Assembly: GCF_006345805.1 (NCBI RefSeq)
Contig: NC_043001.1
Span: 120,838,001 to 120,902,000, forward strand
Direction: 5' to 3'
Length of the DNA stretch: 64,000 nucleotides
From: Octopus sinensis
Lineage: Eukaryota
In this document: in pieces, positions 50,540 through 62,981 of the stretch
Layout of the letters: each line of letters starts with the position of its first letter
How positions within the stretch are numbered: the first letter of the stretch is position 1
The notes under the pieces: model-generated
Told to the model about the DNA's origin: nothing
Databases searched by the model: none
Seen by the model: the letters and a program-made list of their open reading frames with translations, nothing else
Program-made: the position numbers and the translations under genes

Positions 50540-51440
50540 ACTATAACCCACCTCTCAAAACTGCTGGCCTTGTGCCTAAACCAGAAACCATTGCTTTTAT
50601 TATTATTGAGAGCAGCGATGGTGGTGACCTGGCAGAAATGTTAGCATGCCGGGTGAAATGCTTAACAGTATTTTGTCTGTCGTTACGTTCAGAGTTCAGA
50701 TTCCGCCGAGGTCAACTTTGCCTTTCATCCTTTCGGAGTCGATAAATTAAGTACCAGTTATGCACTGGGGTCGATGTAATCGACTTAATCTCTTTGTTTG
50801 TCCCCTTTATGTTTAGCCCCTTGTGGACAATAAAGAAATAAGGACTGTTAGCACACTGACGAAAATGCTTAGTGACATTATTCTGTCTTTATGTTCTGAA
50901 TTCAAATACCAATGAGGTTGACTTTGCTTTTTTCCTTTTTTTGGGTCATTAAATAAGCACCCACCAAGTGCTGGGGGGGAGGGGTCAAACTGCTGGCCTT
51001 GTGCCAAAAGTTGAAACCATTACACAGAACAGTGGATTAACAGAATTGTTACAGTGATGAACAAAATGCCTTGTGGTGTTCTGATTCTTTACTTTCCAAG
51101 ATTAAATCCAGCTGAAGTTAACTTTGCCTTTCATCCTTTCACCCATCAAAACTGCTGGCCTTCTCCCTAAATTAGAAACCATTATTATTATTATTGCAAA
51201 GATGCTTAATGGTGACAGAATTGTTGGATTGATGGACAAGACACCTTGTTATTTAGTTGTCTCTTTACATTGACTAAAGAAGCAGTAGTCAACTTCTCAA
51301 ACTGATTAGTGCTATTATCATTTTTACAGAAAGGCAAAGTCGACCTCAGTGGGATTCGAACTCAGAACATATGAAAAGATGAAATACCACAAAGCATTTT
51401 GTCCAGCTTGCTAATGATTCTGCCAGCTCGCTGCCTTAAA
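50540..51440. mobile_element. cluster of at least five SINE family C pieces; youngest copy 50619-50841 (+)
   Basis: Repeated TTTGCCTTTCATCCTTT cores and CTGGCCTTGTGCC.AAA...GAAAC tails. Confidence 0.75.
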
Positions 51441-51651
51441 TAATATTCTGGAGAAAGTCAGGAACTTCACCACATTCTTATGCTTTCCCACTTGAGACTT
51501 TGTTACCTATCCTCATTTGTTATCTCTATTCATTTTAATTGGTGTTTGCAAAATGTTTTAACTTCTATGAATTATTAATATATGTTCTATAGGCGTACAA
51601 ACTTTATTGTATAACCCTTTTAACCTTAAATCTGAATTTTTCTCATGACAG

Positions 51652-51703
51652 GGAGATGAATCAGTAGAAGTTAAAAGATGTGGTAAAGGCAGTTATTTTG
51701 GTG
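51652..51703 (+). CDS. PRKAR2: PKA-RII exon (52 nt): GDESVEVKRCGKGSYFG(E)
   Basis: AG 51650-51651, donor GTGAGT 51704; KGxYFG lead-in to the second cassette. Confidence 0.93.
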
Positions 51704-51978
51704 GTGAGTCAATACTCTTTCTCTTATAATTATTTATTAACATCTGCTTTTCCATGCTGATAAGAGTTGGATTGGACTTTTTGAGACAGTGTTTTATGAT
51801 CAGATATCTTTTTTGATAACAATTTTTTCTATTCGTTCTATAGACATACAGGGACACAGTATCCTATTTAACAAAAATCTAGGAGACACAGGATGTATGT
51901 ATGTATGTTTAGTTGAGGTTTAATACTTAATTCTAAGTACTTTTTCTTGATTATTTAGATTGTAACTTTATATATGCT

Positions 51979-52018
<40 letters not shown>

Positions 52019-52021
<3 letters not shown>

Positions 52022-52203
52022 AGAGTTTATGAAAAAACAGAAGATGAAGACAGGTGGTGTGCAAAAACAGATGTATTAGTATAACACTCAGGAATAGAAA
52101 AAGTCCTTTATGTTTCGAGCCTACGCTCTTTTACAGAAAGAGACACAGAAAAAACAAGGAGAGAAAAAAATGTGTGTAGTGGCTAACGATCTATCATGGT
52201 GAC
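52019..52203 (-). mobile_element. (TA)n-embedded Penelope-like terminal fragment
   Basis: Bounded by TA arrays on both sides; contains GAGC-GTAG-GCTC-GAAAC on the minus strand. Confidence 0.55.
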
Positions 52204-52254
<51 letters not shown>

Positions 52255-53065
52255 TGTATGTATATGTGTTTGTGTATGTTTGTGTATGTATGTATATGTG
52301 TGTGTATATGTTTGTGTATGTATACATATATGTGTATATGTTTGTGTAAGTATATATGTATATATATATATATGTGTTGAATCAGATGTTGCATCTTGTG
52401 CGGGTAATTTTCCCAATAAGAAACACATACAATGGTTTTGTTTCACTTCTTTTATTGTTATTAGTCAAGTAGTTAACTAATTAGCTAGTTAGCTAATATC
52501 ATTTGTTTGATTCATCATTCATTCAGTTGCTTTGTAAGGGTCTTTTCAGGACCTTATCAAGACCATGATCTCATTACTCTCTCTCTCTCTCTCTCTCTCC
52601 ATCTCCATTAAAGCTGTTAGATCCTAGCATTAACTGGAAACTTGCACAGAAACATTGATATTGACCGGCTCTATCAAAGAAGAGATGAAGGAAATAGAAA
52701 TCTGAGATCATTACAGACACCTTTGAATGTCCATGTAGTATTTCTCAGACAGCACCTGCTAAATAATAATCATCATCATCATCGTTTATGGGTTGAACGG
52801 CTTGACATGAAGCTGGCTAGCAGAGAATGGTCCAGACTCCAACTGTCTGTTGTGGCATGATTTCTACAACTGGATGCTCTTCCTAATGTGAAACAACAGC
52901 ATTAAAAAAATATATATATATATATCAAAAATAAGGATGAAAAAATTGGATATTAATTTAATAACATCAATTTAACACCAGTTGGTTTAGCGCATAAAAA
53001 CTGGGATACAGTAAAAATTAATACACAAATATAAGAAAAATCAAAAATAAGGGTGAAAATAGATT

Positions 53066-53111
<46 letters not shown>

Positions 53112-53705
53112 TAAACTGGAGACTTCCTATACAATCCCAAAACAGCTCAACTAACATACCTCAAAAAAGATCCAGGTGTGAAACACCCAGCATACAAAAA
53201 AAAAGACCATGCATAGGTATGTTTCCCAAAGACTTAAGGATGATACTAATATCAATATGAAGAACAACCTTTCTGGGACTCACGACTGCTACATCACATC
53301 CAAGAGCTGGATATTGCTATGAAATACCTAAGGAGCAAAAGAGAGTAAAGCCCTTGAGGCCCTAAGATGCAACAAAAATGTTATGTCACATTTCTGTAGA
53401 AGTCCTCACACATTGGATCAGCAGCTGTCGAAGAATGACATCATAATTTAAATAAAGAGAATTCTTCTGTTTGCGAATACATACATAAGCAACAACACAA
53501 GGAATATTATAGAGCATTCTCATCAAAACTTCTACTATGAGCAAACATAACAGACTGGATATCATTTTTTGCAACAGACAAGAAAATGTATGTACTGAGG
53601 TCAACCACCCTCTTCTAAAATCAGAGAGGAAAAGCATAACTGTGGACAAATGCTTCAAAACCTTTGACTTCTATACCCAGACTATAAATTCATATTTATA
53701 CCAAT

Positions 53706-54061
53706 AGTGGCTGTGTGGTAAGTAGCTTGCTTACCAACCACATGGTTCTTGGTTCAGTCCCGTTGTGTGACACCTTGGGCAAATGTCTTCTACTATAGCC
53801 TTGGTGGATTTGGTAGATGGAAACTCAAAGAAGCCTGTCGTATATATATGTATGTGTGTGTATATGTTTGTATGTCTGTGTTTGTCCCCCCCCCCCAACA
53901 TCGCTGGTGTGTTTATGTCCCCATAACTTAGCAGTTCGGCAAAAGAAACCGATAGAGTAAGTACTAGGTTTACAAAGAATAAGTCCTGGTGTCGATTTGC
54001 TTGACTAAAGATGGTGCTCCAGCATGGCCACAGTCAAATGACTGAAACAAGTAAAAGAGTA
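53706..54061 (+). mobile_element. SINE family A
   Basis: Head, short microsatellite and tail all present. Confidence 0.85.
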
Positions 54062-54349
54062 TACTTGGTTATACTAGTAGATGCCCAACCCATGCCAGCA
54101 TGGAAGATGGACATTAAATGACGATGATGATGATGCCTAGGTAGCAATCTAGAAAAGTTAAGATTTTCAGAAAACCAAATCAGCTAATACTCAAATACAA
54201 TCTGTAAGCAGGTCAATAAAAAACATGCAAGACTTTTCACAAGTTCATTGTGACAGATTTTGTTTATTTACGTTCCATTGATGGAGCTTTGTATCTTTGT
54301 TCTTTGCTAGAAACCAGCTCCTTCCTTAAAATTCAAATAATTAAATATA

Positions 54350-54925
54350 GAAGAGAGCATGCTCACGTACATATCTGGTGGCTGCCCCCTCGTTATCGAG
54401 TATGGCCATTGCACGAAGCTTAATCAATGTTGTTATCATGCAATGCCTGTGCAAGAAGATTTTTTTTAAAGTGAGGAAAGGCTGTACACTGAGTCAGTCC
54501 CACTCACTAAGCAACAGCAGCCATAATCCGAAAAGAAGAACAAGTCAACATCATCAGTAACCACTGAGCCGCAAGTTTTATGTCGGAGTTATCCCAGTTA
54601 CCTGAGTCACCTTCTCCTAGAAGGATGCCCTCACAAAGGCTAGGAGTCCTTCACTCCCAATGGTTTAACCGCACGATCAGGTATTCAGTCCCATTATTTC
54701 TATGTCCCCATGCGTGATACAGCCTTAAGACATTTATTGGATGGCCGTTGACTCTCAAGAGTTCCTCCACCCTTTGACGGGTTTTGTTTTTCATCCTGCA
54801 GGGTGTCCAATAAACACCCTCCTCACCAAGCAAGCTTGGTGGGGTTGCCAGTTTAGTCGCCGACAACCCGACCATGCAACAGGTTGCACTGGGTTACATG
54901 TTACCAGTAGCACTCGAAAGTGACC
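54350..54925 (-). mobile_element. non-coding RTE-related element with a highly structured 5' end
   Basis: GC-rich island with CpGs retained and several hairpins. Contains CCTAGCCTTTGTGAGGGCATCCTTCTAGGAGAAGG, which resembles RTE 5'-UTR motifs as I recall them. No ORF. Confidence 0.55.
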
Positions 54926-56094
54926 TGACATACATACATACCTACATACATTCATTCATTCATTCATTCATTGACAGACTGACACTAAGACAGATAAACA
55001 GACTTTTAGAAAACATTAACTTAGATATCTGTTTGAAATTTATCAATTAGCACTGCTGGGATCTGCTATATAGTTGTTAGTTTAGCTCATAGTCAGCTCC
55101 AATTTGAGTTGATCTGTAATCAATGTCATTCTATTTATGACCATTCCATCTTTTCTTAATATCTAAGTCACTGACTCTCTATGTGCCATACTGAAAACTA
55201 AAAAGAAAACAGTCACTGGTGCACTTTGCAGAGATTTTTTTGCCAAAAACCCCTATATTTTAAAATTTTTAAATGTAGAAAAAAGTGTTAAAAGTTATTG
55301 CTTCTCTTGTCTTTGCAAAAAGAAACCAAGATCAATAAACTGGAAGGACAGGACTTCCATCTATCAGAGTTGACTGGACGTATATAAATGTATGTGCAGG
55401 CCTGGGTAAGATCTTTTATGGAAGACTGGCTGTTTCCTATACATGCAAGTCTCCACCTCTCCATGCCATCAATGTTTATCCAAGGGAAAGGCCACCAACT
55501 TTAGCCAGTACTGGTCAGGACCAGTGTTTTTGCAGGTGCTGCTATATAAAGAAAAACACAAAGAGCTGGAACAGACACCACAAGGCATCTTTCCCAACAT
55601 TCTAAGGGTTCTACCAATCCTTCCTTGACAGATAAATTTTTTATCAATTCTGAAAGGATAAAGGGCAAACCAGCCCCACTGGGATTCAAACTCGGAATTC
55701 AGAGAATCAGATTCTATTCAACATTCTAATAATTCAGCTAGATTGCCACATTTAGGGCAGAATGTTGGCTGTAGATCTAAATATCATACAATGATTTAAC
55801 TTCTAATGCTCCAAGTTCAAATTTTGGCATGGTTAACTTTTCTTTTCCCTTTTGCAAACTTCTACATTAATATAGTATGATATCTTACTCCATTCTTTCT
55901 CAATTTCTTTATTCTTTATCTTCTGTTCCTTTTATCTCCTCTCTTCTATCTCATTTTCTATTTTCCTTTCCCTTTTTCTCTCACTCCTCATTTCCATCTA
56001 TCTATATCTTTTCAGCTTCCTTTCTCTCTCTCCCTCCCACACACACACACATATACTGAATTCTAATATTTCACCTTCCACATTTCTCTTACAG

Positions 56095-56163
56095 AACTAG
56101 CTTTACTTACTCATAAACCGAGGGCAGCAACGGCCACATCAATGGGACATTCCAGATTTGCAG
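56095..56163 (+). CDS. PRKAR2: PKA-RII exon (69 nt, phase 1-1): (E)LALLTHKPRAATATSMGHSRFA, CNB-B phosphate-binding cassette
   Basis: AG 56093-56094, donor GTAAAT 56164; ELALxTHKPRAA cassette. Confidence 0.95.
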
Positions 56164-56329
56164 GTAAATAACATTTCCAATATCTATCAATATATTTCTT
56201 ATGTTTGTATGAAGTGTTGGTGTTGTTGGGAGCCCATTCAGTTCTGATTGAGCAACTCTTTCTAATGACCACAGATCTTCTAGCACTGATCATTGCATCT
56301 TTTTAGAGATATATATAAGATTGCATTTA

Positions 56330-57900
56330 GGTTGAAAATTGGAAGAGAGGATCCCTTTCTTTCCACTTGAATATTTTTTATCCTCTTCCTATTCAAGCTA
56401 CTATACTTTCAAAACATTCCCCTCCATTGCCAATTTGGTCACCTGGGTAACAGATCTTGCTTATCTGCTACATATAATGTTCTTTATCACTTTACTTGTA
56501 TATCTCCTGCACTTTTTATGCTCATTATAGTTAAACCACACGGAATTCCTACCAACCACTATTTTGCATATCAGATATGGCAACTTCCCAGGTAACATTA
56601 GTTCTGTCTTCTTTTGGAAATGAGTATTAAGGAAAATAGATAAGTGAAACAGCTGAGCTAGAATCAGTCTAGCCATTTTACCTGCCTTCTTTATCTTTAA
56701 CGGTCATTTCAACCATATAAATACCAAATCAATTTTGAGTAGTCTCTCATCAGCAACGCCTTGCAGTAGGCTTTTCATACCTCCTTTCTTCCTGGTATCT
56801 GTAAGGGTGAGTGTGCTATTATCATTATGAGCACACTTTTTGTCAACAACTCCTAGATTCATACTGAAACATTGCTTTTGAATTCAGAACACCTCACACG
56901 TCTGATTCTCATATCACAGAACATTGGCAAATCTTTTACTTACCATTTCTCTCTATGCTATGTAGACTTGACTTCCAACTTTTCTTCTAACTAATCATAT
57001 CATTCTTTGTTCCATTCTTTCATTCTTTCAATTCTCATAGGTTTTTACGGCTCTATGTACTATATACACTACCACTATATCTTGCTGGAACTTTGATCTG
57101 TGGCCCATAGCAGATTATTTCATTGTAACTTCCAGTCGTCTTCAAAATTATAGGGTTTTTTTTCCCCCCCGTCCTCCTTCTCAACATATGTATCTCTTAA
57201 TACTGGCTGAGAAGTCTTTCAACTTCTCCAGGTCATTATGTTTCTCTGAGTCTATCTAGCTTTTATTATAATATCAATAATCACAAAGCTACATTGAGTG
57301 ATGCATTCTTCATCAGAGAATGACTTAATATTCAGTCATTTATCTTTTCCTTTTTTAGTTGCATGTGGTCTGCCTTAACTTCTGCTTTTACCTAAATGGT
57401 CAGTGATCAGGTGGCTGGCCAGTTTCCTGGAGCTGGTGCTGCAAATGGTTAGGGCATTTGTATTACATAATTTCAAGAGTCTCGTTCTCTGTGCATTCCT
57501 TGTACCATAACTATAGCATCCATGTACACTGGAGCAGCAACATGCTATTGTCCAATATGTAGTAAAGTCCCCAGCCATGCTGCAATAGTTATTTGTTATG
57601 AAGGTAGTCTGCAAGATGGCCTCACAGAAACAGATCCTTGACTCATCTATCAATCTTGACTGTGACACATATATAGAGAATCCTGCTTTTGTCATGTTGT
57701 CCATGTCCAGTCCAAATTAATTATTTACCACAGACTTTAACTCTCTCTTCTAAAAATCTGTCTAATCTAACAACTCCAAAGTTGTCGCCAAACCAGAAGT
57801 TTTAACCCTAATCCATTCTCATGGATTTAATTCAGGTTCCCTTCCATCTTGCCTCATACACAGCATCCCTGTCCAAGCTTCACAATTGGTGGTAGGTTGT
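56330..57900 (-). mobile_element. decayed RTE LINE: APE endonuclease through start of RT, antisense in the last intron
   Basis: CCV.EARWKG; AGDF...SVHGCYSYGTRNAQRTRLLKLCNTNALTICSTSSRKLASHLIT; SFSDEECI; NLLWATDQ; RFANVL...VVDKKCAHNDNS. Confidence 0.8.
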
Positions 57901-57998
57901 AATTAGCTAATGTAACATTTTATTTGAAAAACACGAATTAAGTTTTGAATAAATTTACATTTCAATTAAAATTTTCATTTTCTTTTTTCAATTTTCAG

Positions 57999-58129
57999 TG
58001 TTAAGTGTTGGAGCATTTGAACGCCTTTTGGGCCCTTGTATGGAAATTATGAAGAGAAACATAGAAACTTATGAAGAACAACTCATTAATATATTTGGAT
58101 CTGAAAACAATATCTCTGACCTTCGGTGA
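57999..58129 (+). CDS. PRKAR2: PKA-RII last coding exon: (V)[42 protein letters not shown]-stop
   Basis: AG 57997-57998; [16 protein letters not shown]..YEEQL is diagnostic of RII; TGA at 58127-58129. Confidence 0.97.
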
Positions 58130-58690
58130 ACTTTATTCCTGTTAATATATTTCCATTCATACCAACATATCTTTCTTCCCCTCTCTCCCTCCCTCCCTCC
58201 CTCCCTTTTTCAGTACACCTCCTTTCTAACATTACCAGTTCACTCTACAAACCATTTCCTTGATCTTCACCCACCTCCCTACTTACTTGTTAACCCACCA
58301 GTGCCAAGATAAATGATAACCATTCCCTGATTCCTGTCATGACGTGAGTGAAGTAATACCTGTGTTAGCATCTATCAAAACAACCAATCAATAGTGAATG
58401 TTTCTGAATGGTCTGCAGTTAAATGTTGCTTTGAAATCCCACTTGTATGCATGTGTGTATGTGGTTTACTTATTTGGTACATGTGTGTATATATGGTGAA
58501 CTTCGTGTGAGGGCATGTATGCTGAACGTTGTACTTCTCTCTTCTTCCTCATCCAATAAAAGACTAACCAACCTTCATTCAAATCTGGTCCCTCAACCAA
58601 TTAACCATGCTGTAATTTAACAAAAAAAAACAAATTTAAAAAAGGTTGTTTCATCCTCTCTTTCTCTTGCTCTCTTTCTCTTGCTCTCTT

Positions 58691-58721
<31 letters not shown>

Positions 58722-59171
58722 CTCTCTCTTTCTCTCTCTTTTTCTCTTTCTCTCTCTCTATCTTTTTTTTCTGTTTTCTAAAGTTAAAAAAATAATCTTT
58801 CAGACATAATATTCAACATTGAATGATGTTTGCTCTATTTCCACTCCGGCTGCCACTGCTGTTCCTGCCTGTTAGAATTCACAGAGAAACTGAACGTTGG
58901 ACAAAAATATTCTTGGTGATCTCCAAAACAGATATTTTATACTGTCATGTATATGTGGTGCAGACTTTAACAAGTGTAGATGTGCATAAAAATTGGAAAA
59001 AAATTACTCAAACTAATCCCTTGTTTCTTACTGCCTTCATTTCTTTTTTTTTCTATTACTTCATATATGCATTTATATATATATATATATATATGTACAT
59101 ATATGGCATCAGTGGTGTAACATTATATATATATAAAATATATTGTTTTCATTAATGGATGTGCATGTATA

Positions 59172-59213
<42 letters not shown>

Positions 59214-59358
59214 ATACAATATCTAGAATATTAAATATATATATATATCCAGATAAATACATTTTATATATATATATATAAAATCTGTTTATGATTAGAA
59301 TATATATATATTTGTTATATCTTATATATGTCATAAATAGATGTTTTGTTTATTGTAT

Positions 59359-59393
<35 letters not shown>

Positions 59394-59539
59394 CTATTTA
59401 TGATTAGAATATATATATATATATAATATATATAAAATCTATTTATGATTAGAATATATATATATATATTTGTTATATCTTACGTATGTCATAAATAGAT
59501 ATGTTTTGTTTATTGTATACAAATATACATATATATTGT

Positions 59540-59591
<52 letters not shown>

Positions 59592-61226
59592 TATAAAATC
59601 AGAGAGAGTAGAGCCATGTAAATGTGGATTTCAAATGCTTGTATTCAAAAGCAAAACATATCAGGAAGATTAAAGTGCAATAATAGCTAGAGCACCTCTG
59701 AGTGTGTGAGAGTGGGAAAGAGAAAAATTAAGAGTAAATATTTTTTGCTTTGTTTCCTACCATCTATATTAAAGCTTCAAGTTATAATTTTTAAAATACA
59801 ACTTTATTATTACAAAGTCTGGCAAAGAAAATTATTGTGTAATTACTATATAAAGTTAATAATAATTATAATAATCAAACAAGGACAACAAGTGAATAGC
59901 AATAGTAGTTGAGTAAACTAAATCAACTTTCTTTCTGTGTTTAGTTTCTCATAACTCTGCCTTCATTGCTTGTATCTATGTCACCATCATTAACTTTGCT
60001 TTTTAAATTTTGGAAAATCAATTGAATAAAGTACCAGCAATCTTCTCAGAACAATGCAATCAGAATATGTCTTCATCCTTGCAAATTAAGAATCCGATTT
60101 TTAATATAGTTAGTTCAATCAAATTAATATTTTTTGTAGAAAATATCCCACAGAGGAAATCAGAAGAAAAAAAATCAGTAAGATTCATAAGAGTATTTTT
60201 TCTAATCTATAGCTTTCTGAAACCCTCTATTGAACTTTGGATTATCTTATAGATAAACTGTTTCAATATTACCTATCAACAAAGCTGTGCTATGACCAAG
60301 ACAGACAAAAGCTGGGCAGGAACTGTTATATATTGAGTTGGATACTTTACAGTTCATCTCTTATTCAACAAACTTATAACTGTATTTAGTTCCAGTCCTT
60401 ACTCTTCCAGTTTCAAATCTAACCAGGGATCGATATTTGCCTTTATTCCTCTAGCATAGGGATGAGTCAAAGAAATAATAATACTAATTATTATGATACC
60501 AGTCACAAGTGCTATACTAGATCAATGCACTCAACTGCAGTCACCACTTTTCTACAATAAAATTGCTTTATATTTGATCCACAGAAATCAATATTAAAAA
60601 ATATATATATATAGAAAAGGGAGAGAAATCATTACATCATGCTATTGAAACATACATTCCACCATTTCTAGACAGAATCCCTAAAAGACAATCACCAGTG
60701 CAGAATTTTGAAAGGGAACTATCTGAAATTAGGAAAGTGTTAGGTAAATATTTTCAAAGTCCTTAGTTAATATTAACTTTATAATCAAAACATAAGTATC
60801 AATTTCCTTTTCTTTTATCATACCTCCACAAAACAAAAGAATTTATGTAACCAATAAAACATTGGAAATTTTTTATCAAGTAAGATTTAAATTTGTGCCA
60901 AATTCTTGGCAGAAAAGTTTTTAGTAACTTTTGTGCCATTCTCACTTTTTCACAAAGAGCAACATTTTAAAGAATAATATTACTTGATTCTCTTTTAATG
61001 AATACATGTCAAATGAAATATAATAATGAATTTGTTCAGTTATTAAAAGGATAATTATCTGGATTGTGCTTAGCTGTCACTTTTTTTTCTTTTTGGTGGG
61101 GGGATAAATTTTATTATTGTAATGTATGAAGTTTAAATGTTTAATTTTTATTAGGCAATTCTATATATATTAATGAAAATAAGATTAAATAAAGAAGTAT
61201 ATAATAATACATATTCTATAGGTGGG

Positions 61227-61259
<33 letters not shown>

Positions 61260-61528
61260 TATATATATACATTGTCTATGTCTTTGTGTATGTAAGTGAC
61301 ATTGTGTGTATAATCATTTGTTTCTTCAGATATGTTAAGGTTATTTATTATTTTATGTTATGTAACATTTGTTATATATATAATAAATAGATATATTTAA
61401 AGAAACAAATGATACCTGTTATATATATGTACATATATTTTATATCTATATTATGTATATATCATGACAACACATATATATACACACAACATATATTAAA
61501 TATATATTAAATCATATACAATATGATT

Positions 61529-61563
<35 letters not shown>

Positions 61564-62706
61564 GCACACACCCACATACACACACATGCACACACGTGTG
61601 TATAGGTGAGTGTTAGTTATTTACAGCATTGATGTGATGTCATTTCTATTGTCAACTCAAACCATTTCCTTTTTTTTACAATAAATGCTGTTAAATGGTA
61701 TGAATATTACTCAATAACACCATTCTTCATCTAAATTAGCAGCTTATAGCTGAAACTAAAACCAATATGTGCATGTATATCTGAGTAAATTTATCCTAGT
61801 TTATTAATAATAGTTTTCCTTATATGCATATATATGTATATGTATGTGTGTGTCTGTGTATGTATATATGTGTGTGTGTGTGAGAGAGTGTGTATATATG
61901 TGTGTGTATTGTGAAAGAGTGAGAAAAAGAGATGTGACAGCTGAACCTTAATGAGTCCAGTGATTAAATAATGAATTAATTAAACTAAGGTTTATGTTAC
62001 ATGCTTTATACATATCTAATTGTGGATTACCAATGATGATTTATTAATTAGTCTGCAGATTTAAGCAGATCTTTCAGAAAAAAGTGTCAATTTGAATTTT
62101 GAGTTAAACCTTCTGTTATTGATTTTCTTTTGGTTTTTATTTTGATTGATTTATTTTTATTTTTTGAGTTTTGTTCTCTTTTTTTGGGTTTTTATTTTAT
62201 TTTATTTATTCATTCATTTAGCATAAAATATTTACAGAAACTAGTTTACACATAATCATGATTTTATAAAACCCAAGAGTTAATGATAATAATAAAGATT
62301 ATTAATAATAATAATAATAATAATAATAATGTTCATTGTTCTTCCTCCACTCCAACACTTCGAAAATACATTTTTTTTGTCTGTTTTTTAATAAGAAATT
62401 TAAATTTTAAATACATTCCAGATTTAGACATTCCTATACTTTCTAAATCTTTTAATAAGATTCTAAAATAAATAAAAAAAGAGAGAATTTTCAATAAAAC
62501 TCACCATTCCATCCTTATAGAGTTTCTTACTGCCTGTTCCACCAATCTGACTTCTATTTTTAATATATTTTGGAATAAAGCTTTTATCAATATCATTTTT
62601 GTAAAACCCAAAATGATATATATGTCTGTGTGTATGCATGTGTGTATATATATATATATATATATTATACACATATGCATACACATATATACACACACAT
62701 ACATAA

Positions 62707-62750
<44 letters not shown>

Positions 62751-62805
62751 GTATAAATACATGGACATATATACATGTGGCCTATGTTTGTATATATATG
62801 TGTAT

Positions 62806-62836
<31 letters not shown>

Positions 62837-62975
62837 TGAATACATATGTACAAACATATTATATGTGTATGTGTGTATATAATGTATATGTAATATTAAA
62901 AATCTGTGAGAATTTTAACCTTGTGCTCTTTTAATATGAGCAAGTAAAGCTTGTTTCACTGTGAGCTTCAGTTGT

Positions 62976-62981
62976 AATAAA
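62976..62981 (+). promoter_or_regulatory. candidate distal polyadenylation signal
   Basis: AATAAA followed about 20 nt later by a long T/GT-rich tract; SINE copies resume just downstream (about 63216). A more proximal AATAAA lies at 58555-58560. Confidence 0.3.

Noticed and set aside
53110-53690. A-rich stretch with ELDIAMKYLRSK...ALEAL, possibly a decayed LINE RT lead-in
   Set aside because: Too degraded to support without a translated profile search.
60615-60767. 50-codon open stretch (EKGEKSLHHAIETYIPPF...KYFQSP) with a phase-1 AG and a GTAAAT, a possible alternative last exon
   Set aside because: The acceptor has no pyrimidine tract (only TA repeat), there is no recognisable homology, and open runs of this length are expected by chance.
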